A stretch of DNA of 55,236 nt from Gammaproteobacteria bacterium (GTDB lineage: Bacteria; Pseudomonadota; Gammaproteobacteria; Burkholderiales; SG8-39). The notes under the pieces were generated by a model that did no database searches, was not told where the DNA came from, and saw only the letters and a program-made list of their open reading frames with translations. The position numbers and the translations under genes are program-made. The stretch covers positions 1-55,236 of the forward strand of contig JBGQKQ010000003.1 in assembly GCA_041499655.1 (NCBI GenBank), in the 5' to 3' direction. Positions 30,056 through 38,574 of this stretch are shown here, piece by piece (within the stretch, counting starts at the first letter, position 1; each line of letters starts with the position of its first letter).

Positions 30056-31237
30056 TCACTTCATCCCGCATTCCTTGGCGTAGGAATCCTTGTGGTTGGT
30101 GAATACCGTCTTCTGGATCTCCATCACCGGGTCCTGCCCTGCCGGGCCGGCGACCGTCTTCAGCAGGTAGAAATTCTGGATGGGGAAGTGGTTGGTGTTG
30201 TAGCTGAACTTGCCGCGCGTGGAGGCGAAGTCGGCCTTGCGCATCGCGGCGACCATCCCCTTCTTGTTCGCGAGATTGCCCTTCACCGCGCGCACCGCCG
30301 AATCGATCAGCAGGATGCCATCGTAGCTCTGCGCTCCGTAGAACACCGGCATCTTGCCGTATTTCTTGCGGTAGTCGGAGACGTATTTCTGGTTCGCCGG
30401 GTTCTTCAGATCGGGGCTCCAGTAGCGCGTCTCGTACTGGCCGAGGGCGGCGTGCTTCACCGCGGGGATCGAGATCTCGTCCACCGTATACACCGAGTAC
30501 AGCGGGAACTGTCCGCGCAATCCCGCCTCCGAATACTGCCGCAGGAACGAGATGCCCATCCCGCCGGGATAGAACACGAACACCGCCTTGGGGTTCTTGG
30601 AGCGCAGCTGCGAGAGCTCGGCCTGGTAATCGGTCTGCCCGAGGCGCGTATAGACCTCGTCGACGATACGTCCCTTGTACGAGCGCTTGAAGCCGTTGAG
30701 CATGTCCTTGCCGGCGGCATAGTTCGGAGCCATCAGATACACGTCGGTGATGCCCTGATCCTGCATCACCTTGCCCATCGCCTCGGGCGTATCGTCGTTC
30801 TGCCAGGAGGTCGTGAAGAACAGCTCGTTGCATTGCTTCCCCGCAAGCTCGTGCGGGCCGGCGTTGGTGCCGACCATGATCCTGCCCGCGTCGGTAACCG
30901 TGGGCGCGACCGCGAGCATGACGTTCGACCAGATGATGCCCGCCACGAAGTCAACCTGCTGCTTCTTCAGCATCTCTTCGGCAACCTGCTTGCCCACGTC
31001 GGGCTTGACCTGGTCGTCGCCGTAGGTCACCTCGACATCGAGCCCGGCCATCTTGCGGCCGAGGTGATCGAGCGCGAGCTCAACCGAGTTCTTCATGTAT
31101 TCGCCGATGACTCCCTGCGGACCCGACAGGGTGGTGATGAACCCGATCTTCACCTTCTGCTGCGCGAACGCCGGTCCGGCAGCGACGACCGCGGCGGCGA
31201 CGCCCACGACAAGAGCCTGTAGGTATTTTTGCTTCAT
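30056..31237 (-). CDS. LivK-type ABC substrate-binding protein (aromatic-ligand subfamily)
   Basis: Signal peptide; VKIGFITTLSG, DDQVKPD, APNYAAG; GGGAGG SD. Confidence 0.92.
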   Translation of the reverse strand: MKQKYLQALVVGVAAAVVAAGPAFAQQKVKIGFITTLSGPQGVIGEYMKNSVELALDHLGRKMAGLDVEVTYGDDQVKPDVGKQVAEEMLKKQQVDFVAGIIWSNVMLAVAPTVTDAGRIMVGTNAGPHELAGKQCNELFFTTSWQNDDTPEAMGKVMQDQGITDVYLMAPNYAAGKDMLNGFKRSYKGRIVDEVYTRLGQTDYQAELSQLRSKNPKAVFVFYPGGMGISFLRQYSEAGLRGQFPLYSVYTVDEISIPAVKHAALGQYETRYWSPDLKNPANQKYVSDYRKKYGKMPVFYGAQSYDGILLIDSAVRAVKGNLANKKGMVAAMRKADFASTRGKFSYNTNHFPIQNFYLLKTVAGPAGQDPVMEIQKTVFTNHKDSYAKECGMK

Positions 31238-31323
31238 GGTTGCTTTCCTCCCGCTTTTGATCGAATTCAGTCTAGCAAGGGTGTCCCGGAGGTGTCTAGG
31301 CCGCGGCGACGATGCAGTATATT

Positions 31324-32706
31324 TCATCGAGTATCCACGAGCACCGGCCCTTGATATGCCAGCGCCGCCTCGATCGCCAGACCCGTGGAGAGAACGCGCT
31401 CGTCCTCTCCGGCGAACCCCACGACCATCAGGCCGACCGGCGCGGTTCTGGGCGGCTGGATCGGGAGCGAGAGCGCGCAGCCGTCTAGAAAATTGATGAC
31501 GCTGGTATTGTGCAGCATGCTGCCGTTCGCGAGGCGGAAGCTCTCCGGGTTGCGCTCCAACTCCTCGATCCTGGGCGCGATGCGCGGGACGGTCGGCATG
31601 ATCAGCGCGTCGACGTCGTAGCTCGTCCGCGCGAACCGCTTCATCAGCCGGGCGCGGTTGGCGAGCAGGTCGATGTAGTCTACCGCGCTCACCGAGGCGC
31701 CGCGCAAAATGCGTTCCAGGACCCGCGGATCGATATCCCGCTCCCGCTCGATCCATCCGCGGTGAACGGCGTAGGCCTCCGGCGGCGAAATTCCCCCGCC
31801 GGCATTCGCTTTCGCCGCTGCGTCGAATTCCGGCACGGCGATGTCCACGAGCCTTGCGCCCCGGCGCGAGAGGCGCTGCAGAGCTGACTGGAACGCTTCG
31901 CTCACTTCGATATCCAGATCTTCGAGCATGTGGTTCTTGGGCACGCCAAGGCGCATTCCGGATAGCGCGGCTGGACTGAGCGAGCGCGGGGCGTCGCCCG
32001 CGAGCACCTGAAAGACCGTCGCGCAGCAGGCGACCGTAGGAGCGAGCGGCCCGACTGAATCCAGGGTCGTCGAGAGCGGAAACGCTCCCTCGCGCGGAAC
32101 GCGCGCCGTGGTCGGCTTGAACCCCGTGATGCCGCACAGCGCAGCGGGAATGCGCGCCGAGCCGCCGGTGTCGGTCCCTACCGCGAATGCCGCCATCCCG
32201 TCCGAGACCGAAACCGCGGCGCCGGAAGAGGAGCCGCCCGGTATCCTCCGCGTGCCGCGGTCGTAGGGATTGGCCGGAGTGCCGTAGTGCGGGTTGATGC
32301 CGATTCCCGAGAAGGCGAATTCAGTCATGTTGCTGCGGCCGATCACCACCGCACCCGCAGCGCGCAGGCGCGCCACCGCGACCGAGTCTTCGCCAGCCGC
32401 AGAGCGCTCACGCAGGATTTTCGATCCCGCCGTGGTCACGTCGCCCGCGATATCGAATAGATCCTTGATCGACACAGGCAGACCGGCGAGCGGGGAAGGC
32501 ACCACGCCTTCTTTTCTCAGACGGTCGGAGGCCTCGGCCGCCCGCAGCGCGCCCTGCGCGTGCACTTTGGTGAAGGCGCGCCCGCCTTCGCCGTTCACGT
32601 CGGCGATGCGCGCGAGCGCTGCCTCGACCAGCCTGCGGCTGGTGGTCTTGCCTTCGGCGAGGGCTCGCGCCAGCGCGGCGACAGGAGTGACGAGAGCCTC
32701 GGCCAC
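31324..32706 (-). CDS. amidase signature family enzyme
   Basis: SIKDLFD, PGGSSSG, GTDTGGSARIPAALCG. Confidence 0.93.
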   Translation of the reverse strand: MAEALVTPVAALARALAEGKTTSRRLVEAALARIADVNGEGGRAFTKVHAQGALRAAEASDRLRKEGVVPSPLAGLPVSIKDLFDIAGDVTTAGSKILRERSAAGEDSVAVARLRAAGAVVIGRSNMTEFAFSGIGINPHYGTPANPYDRGTRRIPGGSSSGAAVSVSDGMAAFAVGTDTGGSARIPAALCGITGFKPTTARVPREGAFPLSTTLDSVGPLAPTVACCATVFQVLAGDAPRSLSPAALSGMRLGVPKNHMLEDLDIEVSEAFQSALQRLSRRGARLVDIAVPEFDAAAKANAGGGISPPEAYAVHRGWIERERDIDPRVLERILRGASVSAVDYIDLLANRARLMKRFARTSYDVDALIMPTVPRIAPRIEELERNPESFRLANGSMLHNTSVINFLDGCALSLPIQPPRTAPVGLMVVGFAGEDERVLSTGLAIEAALAYQGPVLVDTR

Positions 32707-32723
32707 TTGCTTCGCTCCGGCGG

Positions 32724-33119
32724 CTACGTCCCGAAGTCCACGTCGTAGTAATGCATCTCGAGCAGCAGGCAGCCGCTTTCCGACCTGAACGGACCGTGAA
32801 CGGTCCCCGGCGGGCGGCAGGCGTAGGTATGGGGACCAAAACGCGTGCCGCCTTTGCCGTGCCTGTCGCTGCCGACGATCAGATCCCCGGAGACGACATA
32901 CACCTCTTCCCAGTACTCGTGGACGAAGGGCTCGGTCGTGTAAACGCCCGGCTCGAACCTCAGGTGGCGCGTGCGAAAGCCGCGCCCTTTCTTCTCGTCG
33001 AGGAACCCGGCGAGCACCTGTTGGCGGATCCCGGCAGGATAGCCCGGCAGGTTTTCCCAGCCGCGCTCGAGATCGATCTTGTGAAACTCGGTGTGCTCTT
33101 TCCGGATCGCCATGGTCAC
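32724..33119 (-). CDS. cupin domain protein
   Basis: HEYWEEVYVVSG, RPPGTVHGPF. Confidence 0.85.
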   Translation of the reverse strand: MTMAIRKEHTEFHKIDLERGWENLPGYPAGIRQQVLAGFLDEKKGRGFRTRHLRFEPGVYTTEPFVHEYWEEVYVVSGDLIVGSDRHGKGGTRFGPHTYACRPPGTVHGPFRSESGCLLLEMHYYDVDFGT

Positions 33120-33131
33120 TCCTTTCTCACC

Positions 33132-33797
33132 TCAGTCCGCAATGGCGAGCGCGCGGACCGCGTACTCGTGCCTGAGGCTGCGGTTCCTCACCGGATCGTG
33201 GAGCTCGATTTCGAAGCGCTCGCCCCCGCCGATCTCCCCGCGCACCGCGAGCGTCCCGCAGAACATCGCGGTCCCGGGTGCGAGAAACGCGGAGCCCGAG
33301 AACCGCTCGAGCAGATCGCGCGGCGCGAGCATCCGGCTCACCTCGCCTTCCTGGTACAACGCTCGCCTGCCCCCGCGCGTGACGTGCGAGCGCAGCACCA
33401 GCCGGTCCCAGTGCGCGTCGAGATCCGCGAAAGGCCACAACTCGCTGCCTAGCGGTTTCGGGCACAGCTGCTTGGACACGGTGACGCCGTAGGCCTCGAC
33501 TATCCTGTCGGTGTGATCGGAGCCGACGCCGACGTGGAGGGCATCGGGCGTGGAAACCAAAACGAACTCGACTTCCCCGCTCGAACTCTCGCCGACCACC
33601 TCGACCTCGCGCGCCGTCGTCAGCAGGCTCGCCGCGACCCGGTAGAACATGGGGACGGCGCGCGGGCGCTTGACGCCGATCGCCGCCAGCTCCGCGATGT
33701 GCTTCTCCACCGACGCCTTGTCGCGCCCGGTCCAGCCGGCGATGACGAGTTGCGTGATCTCGATGCGGCGCGAAGAGCCGTTGACCAGAAAGTCCAT
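33132..33797 (-). CDS. DUF2848 domain protein (FAH-like fold)
   Basis: IAGWTGRD, HIAELA, SSGEVE, GSDHTDR, SKQLCPKP, YQEG. Confidence 0.85.
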   Translation of the reverse strand: MDFLVNGSSRRIEITQLVIAGWTGRDKASVEKHIAELAAIGVKRPRAVPMFYRVAASLLTTAREVEVVGESSSGEVEFVLVSTPDALHVGVGSDHTDRIVEAYGVTVSKQLCPKPLGSELWPFADLDAHWDRLVLRSHVTRGGRRALYQEGEVSRMLAPRDLLERFSGSAFLAPGTAMFCGTLAVRGEIGGGERFEIELHDPVRNRSLRHEYAVRALAIAD

Positions 33798-33951
33798 GAT
33801 GTCCTGCAGCCTTCCTCCCGATACGCCCCGTATCTTACAGGGCATCATCCCGCGTGGTGATGGGCCGGGTCCCACCGTGAAGTTTTCTTTGCATTCCGTC
33901 CTTCGCCGGAGTAGATTTTTACGCCACTGATTTACCGCCGAGGAGCCGCCG

Positions 33952-34830
33952 ATGTCGAAATTCGTGATCTCTCCGCATTTCAGGCTGCAGGAATGGGTCG
34001 CCGAGGAAAAAGGCTATTTCAGAGCCGAGGGCCTCGAGTACGAATTCCGCGACAACTACGGGCCGGGCGACGCCGCGAAAAAACACGCGACTGCGAACAA
34101 GATCGGCGCTTTCCAGAGCATCGAGCAAGGCCGCGCCTGCGACGTGAGCGGCGCGTGCCACTGGACGGTCAATATTGCCGCGTCCACGGGCCACGGCAAG
34201 CTCTACGCCGATGCTTATTCCGTCGCACCCTGCGGCGTGTTCGTCCCACCGGAGTCCGATATCACGCATCCGAGCCAGCTGAAAGGCGTGCCGATCTCGG
34301 TCGGCTTCCAGTCCGGGAGCCACTACTCGACGATCCAGGGCCTCGAGCAATACCTGGCGCTCGACGACATCAAGCTTTCGTTCGCCGACGGCTTGCTGTT
34401 TTCGCGCCTCGAGAAGCTCATCGACCGCAAGGTGCCGGCTGCTTCCCTTTTCAGCGGGCCGTATTACTTTCTGGAACAACTCGGCTTCCGCAAGGTGATC
34501 GACACCACGTTCATGATGGCGACCTCGATCAGCGGCAGTCCCGATCCGGAAGACCTGCGCAAGTACTTCCGCGCCCTGCGGCGCGCGCAGCGCGACATCG
34601 ACCTGCGGCCGGAGCTCTACACCCACTACTACAAGAACGAATTCCCCAAGCGCTTCGTCGAGCAGATGGACACCCGCCGCTGGGGCCCGGGTGAGCGCAT
34701 CGTCTTCGAGCCCTACACCAAGGAAGTGTTCGACGAGTCTTTCAAGTGGATCGCCGAACGCGGAATATTCGCCGAGGGCGACATGGGCCCGGGCAAGTAC
34801 GAGGACTCCGTTATCTCGCTCGCTGCGTAG
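33952..34830 (+). CDS. NMT1/THI5-like SBP-fold protein lacking a signal peptide
   Basis: WVAEEKGYFRAEGLE, QLKGVPISVG, GSHY; no hydrophobic N-terminus. Confidence 0.75.
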   Translation: MSKFVISPHFRLQEWVAEEKGYFRAEGLEYEFRDNYGPGDAAKKHATANKIGAFQSIEQGRACDVSGACHWTVNIAASTGHGKLYADAYSVAPCGVFVPPESDITHPSQLKGVPISVGFQSGSHYSTIQGLEQYLALDDIKLSFADGLLFSRLEKLIDRKVPAASLFSGPYYFLEQLGFRKVIDTTFMMATSISGSPDPEDLRKYFRALRRAQRDIDLRPELYTHYYKNEFPKRFVEQMDTRRWGPGERIVFEPYTKEVFDESFKWIAERGIFAEGDMGPGKYEDSVISLAA

Positions 34831-34834
34831 AAGC

Positions 34835-35749
34835 TCAGGCCTTCTCGAAATTCATTCCGAAGGCTTCGGGGGTCTTGGGCCCCCACACGTAGAGGGAATC
34901 CTCCGCCGGGTAGTTCGTCGGCTTCCAGCCCGAATCGGCCGGAATGTAGTCGATGTCGCAGAAATACTCCGCCATGCTGTCCCAGGGATCGCGGATGTAG
35001 TGAAAGAAATTCGACCCGATGACGTGCCGGCCGAACCCCCAGCCGTCCTTGTAGCCCTTGTCGAGCAGCCTGCAGGCGCCCATCCCGATCTCGTCGACGT
35101 TGCCGACCTCGAAGCTCGCGTGGTGAAGCCCGGGACGGTCCGACGTGATGAAACCGAAGATGTGATGGTCGCTGCCGCCCTGGCCGCGCATGAAGGCGAC
35201 GATGTCCTGCGCGCGGTCGGATAGCTGCAGCCCCACCACGCGGGTGTAGAAGTCCACCACTTTGTCCATCTGCGGGGTGAAGCGCAGCGTGTGGCCGAGG
35301 CGCGCCGGACGCACCTGGACGTCGCGCTTCGGATGCCCCGGGACGCCGGCGCGGTTGAGGTGCCCGGGATTGTTGATCTTCCACTCCTCCGCCGCGCGCC
35401 ATTTCGCGGGCTCGGCGGCACGCACGTTGACCAGCAACCCGTCGGGGTCGCGGAACCAGATACCTTCGTAGGGCGTTTCCTGCGGTGCGTCGATCAGCCT
35501 GGTGCCGTTCTGCTCCAGCTTTTTCTTCAGGCTCTGAAGCTCGTCCGCCTTCGTGCCGAAGCTGACGTGGTGCATGTGCTTCTTCTTGCCCTCGACCAGC
35601 ACGACCTGGTCCTGGTCGCGGCCGTCGCAGCGCATCACGATGCGCCGGTCATGTTCCTTCCCCTCCATGCCGAAGTCGGTATAGAACTTCTTGCCGACCG
35701 TCGGGTCGGGCACGGCCAGCGCGATGTGCTGCAGGTTGCGGACACTCAT
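34835..35749 (-). CDS. VOC-family (extradiol dioxygenase-like) protein
   Basis: Two VOC domains; LGH, HHIFG, HHASF, GFGRHVIGSNFFHYIRDPW..MAEY. Confidence 0.88.
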   Translation of the reverse strand: MSVRNLQHIALAVPDPTVGKKFYTDFGMEGKEHDRRIVMRCDGRDQDQVVLVEGKKKHMHHVSFGTKADELQSLKKKLEQNGTRLIDAPQETPYEGIWFRDPDGLLVNVRAAEPAKWRAAEEWKINNPGHLNRAGVPGHPKRDVQVRPARLGHTLRFTPQMDKVVDFYTRVVGLQLSDRAQDIVAFMRGQGGSDHHIFGFITSDRPGLHHASFEVGNVDEIGMGACRLLDKGYKDGWGFGRHVIGSNFFHYIRDPWDSMAEYFCDIDYIPADSGWKPTNYPAEDSLYVWGPKTPEAFGMNFEKA

Positions 35750-35870
35750 TGACGGGCTTCTCCTGTCCAGCAGTCCGTAATTATGAATCCAATCGCCAGG
35801 GATGGTCGGTTCCCCTGTGGTTTTCGCGCGCCCTGGAACGGAGTATCGTCGCAGCAAGGAGGAGGCGCAC

Positions 35871-36770
35871 ATGGCCGCGAATCCCACACTGCTGCACGTC
35901 AAGGTCGCCCCGAAAGGCATGGGCCTCAACGACTTCGTCGCCCATGAAGAGGGCTACTACGCGGAGGAGGGCCTCGACATCGAGCTCGACTGGAAGACCT
36001 TCCGCGGAACCCAGTCGAGCTGGAAGAAGTACGACTACTTCCAGCGGCCGCAGGACCAGCCCTACACCGAAGGCAGGGACGAACAGGTCGTTCAGTGCGC
36101 ATGCCTGTGGGGCACGATCAGCAACGCGAGCGCCGGTATGGGACGCGTGGTCGCCGACTGCTACGGCGTGTCGCCCTGGTCGATTTTCGTGCGCCCGGAG
36201 TCGAAGATCCGCAAGCCCGAGGATCTGCAAGACGTCCCGATTGCCGTCGGGATGCGCGCCGGCAGTCACTTCAACGTGCCCTTCCGGCTGGAGAAATTCA
36301 TGCCGCTGGAGCGCATCAAGACGGTCAACGTCGGCGGCTTCGGGGCGCGCCTGAGCGCACTTCTCAACAGGGAGATCGAGGCCGCCAGCCTGCTCCCGCC
36401 GCAAATCGACATGGCGAAGCAGCTCGGCCTGCGGGAGATCATCGCCGACGAATTCCACACGCTCTGGTGGGTGCCGAAGTCCTCGCCCAGGGAAGGCGTG
36501 CGCGGCTACCTGCGCGCGCTCGACCGCGCCGAGCGCGCGCTCGAGGCGGATCTCGCCAAATACCTGCCGCTGTGGAGGCACTGCGTCCCTCCGGAATTTC
36601 ACGACCGGGATTGGGACTACAGCCGCTTCAGCCGCGGCGAGCGCTTCGTCTACCAACCGATTCCGCGCGCCGAATTCGACGGGGTGTTCGACCAGGTAAA
36701 GCGCTGGGGCCTGGATCAGCACTTAAAAGAGCGGTCCTTCGAAAACCTCATTTACCGGTCTGCATCCTGA
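35871..36770 (+). CDS. NMT1/THI5-like SBP-fold protein, paralog of 33952-34830
   Basis: FVAHEEGYYAEEGLD, DLQDVPIAVG, GSHF, GERFVYQP; GGAGG SD. Confidence 0.75.
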   Translation: MAANPTLLHVKVAPKGMGLNDFVAHEEGYYAEEGLDIELDWKTFRGTQSSWKKYDYFQRPQDQPYTEGRDEQVVQCACLWGTISNASAGMGRVVADCYGVSPWSIFVRPESKIRKPEDLQDVPIAVGMRAGSHFNVPFRLEKFMPLERIKTVNVGGFGARLSALLNREIEAASLLPPQIDMAKQLGLREIIADEFHTLWWVPKSSPREGVRGYLRALDRAERALEADLAKYLPLWRHCVPPEFHDRDWDYSRFSRGERFVYQPIPRAEFDGVFDQVKRWGLDQHLKERSFENLIYRSAS

Positions 36771-37516
36771 CTCGCATCGCTCTCGTCACAGGCGCCGCGC
36801 GCGGCATCGGGCTCGCGACCGCGGAAGCCCTTTCCGCCGCCGGCCATCAGGTCGCCCTAGTCGATCGCGACGGGGACGCGTTACACGCCGCGGCAGCCCG
36901 GTTTGCAGCCGATCGGGTTCTCGCCCTGGCTCAGGACATCGCGCATCCCGACGCCGGCGAAATCCTCGACCGGGCAGTCCGCGAGCACTGGGATCCGGTT
37001 TCGATCCTCGTCAACAACGCAGGCATTCCTTCTCCGCGGCGCAGCGGTCGCACCGCGGGCCTGCTCGAGATGACGCTCGACGAGTGGAACACCGTCCTGG
37101 AGGTCAATCTTTCGGCGGCGCTCCGCCTGTGCCGGCAATTCATCCCACGCATGCGCGAGCAGCGCTGGGGACGGATCGTCAACGTGTCTTCCCTGGCCGG
37201 GCGCTCGCGCACCTACATCTCGGGGGTGAGCTATATGGCGTCGAAAGCCGGCCTGCTCGCGCTGGCCCGCTCCATCGCCGGGGAATTCGGGCGCGAGGGC
37301 ATCACCGCGAATTGCGTCGCACCCGGCTACATCGAAACCGCCATGGCCAAGCTGCACGGGGAAGAGAAGAACGCCGCGATCGCGAAGAACATCCCGCTCG
37401 GCCGCGCCGGGACGCCCGGGGAGGTGGCAGCGGCGATCGCGTTCCTCGCCTCCGAGGAAGCCGGCTACGTCACCGGAACGGTCATCGACGTGAACGGCGG
37501 GATCTTCATGGCCTGA
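36767..37516 (+). CDS. SDR family oxidoreductase
   Basis: TGAARGIG, VNNAG, YMASK, PGYIET; start codon unclear (CTG?). Confidence 0.88.
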   Translation: MTRIALVTGAARGIGLATAEALSAAGHQVALVDRDGDALHAAAARFAADRVLALAQDIAHPDAGEILDRAVREHWDPVSILVNNAGIPSPRRSGRTAGLLEMTLDEWNTVLEVNLSAALRLCRQFIPRMREQRWGRIVNVSSLAGRSRTYISGVSYMASKAGLLALARSIAGEFGREGITANCVAPGYIETAMAKLHGEEKNAAIAKNIPLGRAGTPGEVAAAIAFLASEEAGYVTGTVIDVNGGIFMA

Positions 37517-37585
37517 TCACGTTGGGCGGCTGCCCACTCCGGCTTCCGCGAGGTCTGGCAGAATCCATCGCAAGGAGGAAATACC

Positions 37586-38545
37586 ATGAATCGAATTCGA
37601 TCGCTGGGCCTCGCAGTCACCGCAGCCGCTCTCGCGGGAAGCGTGCAAGCGCAGACCATCGGTTTCGCCACGCTGCAGCCGGGCACGCTGCTGAACGCCC
37701 AGGCGTCGGTGATCGCCAAGGTGGTGCAGGACCATTCCAAGCTGCAGGTGCGCGTCATCGGCTACGGTGGCGACACCGGCATCATCGACGCGGTCAACTC
37801 GGGGGCCGCGGATTTCCTGCTGCTCGACATCGGCGAGCCGGCCGAGGCGCAGCGCGGCGAGAACGTCTGGAAGGGCAATGCCAAGCCCAATCTGCGCGTC
37901 GCCCTGACCCTGTACGGCTTCCAGATGGCCTTCTGGGTGCGCAAGGACTCGTCCGTCCAGAGCATCGCCGACCTCAAGGGCAAGCACGTGCCCTCGGACT
38001 GGGTGCAGCAGACCAGCGTCATCACCCACATGAACGCGCTGCTCGCCGCAGGCGGCCTGACGATGAACGACGTGCAGAAGGTGCCCACGGTGAACGTCAT
38101 CCGCGAGTCTGAAGACTTCAAATCGGGCAAGATCGACCTCTTTTTCTTCGCGGTGGGCGCGCCCAAAGTGCAGGAGATCGCGGCCGCGGTCGGCGGGCTG
38201 CGCGTCCTGCCGATGGAGGTGCTGCCCGACTCCGAAGCGCGCATGAAGAAGATCCGCCCCGAGTACTATTTCTCGACCGTCAATCCGGCGCCCTACATCG
38301 CCGGTATCGACAAGCCGACCAAGGTACAGACCATCGACTTCATCATCGGGGTCGGCACCCACGTGAAGGACGAAGTCGTGCGGGACTTCATCAAGGCAGT
38401 GTCCACCAACAAGCAGGGACTGGTAGAAGGCCACCCCAACTTCAACGCCTACAATCCCGCCAACTCGGGCAAGCCCCAGCCGCGCCTCGCATACCATCCC
38501 GCCGCGGAGAAGTACTGGAAGGAAGTCGGTCTCCTCGGAAAATGA
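37586..38545 (+). CDS. TAXI-family TRAP solute receptor
   Basis: Signal peptide; SIADLKGK, YHPAAEKYWKE; adjacent fused permease. Confidence 0.88.
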   Translation: MNRIRSLGLAVTAAALAGSVQAQTIGFATLQPGTLLNAQASVIAKVVQDHSKLQVRVIGYGGDTGIIDAVNSGAADFLLLDIGEPAEAQRGENVWKGNAKPNLRVALTLYGFQMAFWVRKDSSVQSIADLKGKHVPSDWVQQTSVITHMNALLAAGGLTMNDVQKVPTVNVIRESEDFKSGKIDLFFFAVGAPKVQEIAAAVGGLRVLPMEVLPDSEARMKKIRPEYYFSTVNPAPYIAGIDKPTKVQTIDFIIGVGTHVKDEVVRDFIKAVSTNKQGLVEGHPNFNAYNPANSGKPQPRLAYHPAAEKYWKEVGLLGK

Positions 38546-38574
38546 GCCGGAAATGAGCGGCCGCTAGACCCAGC

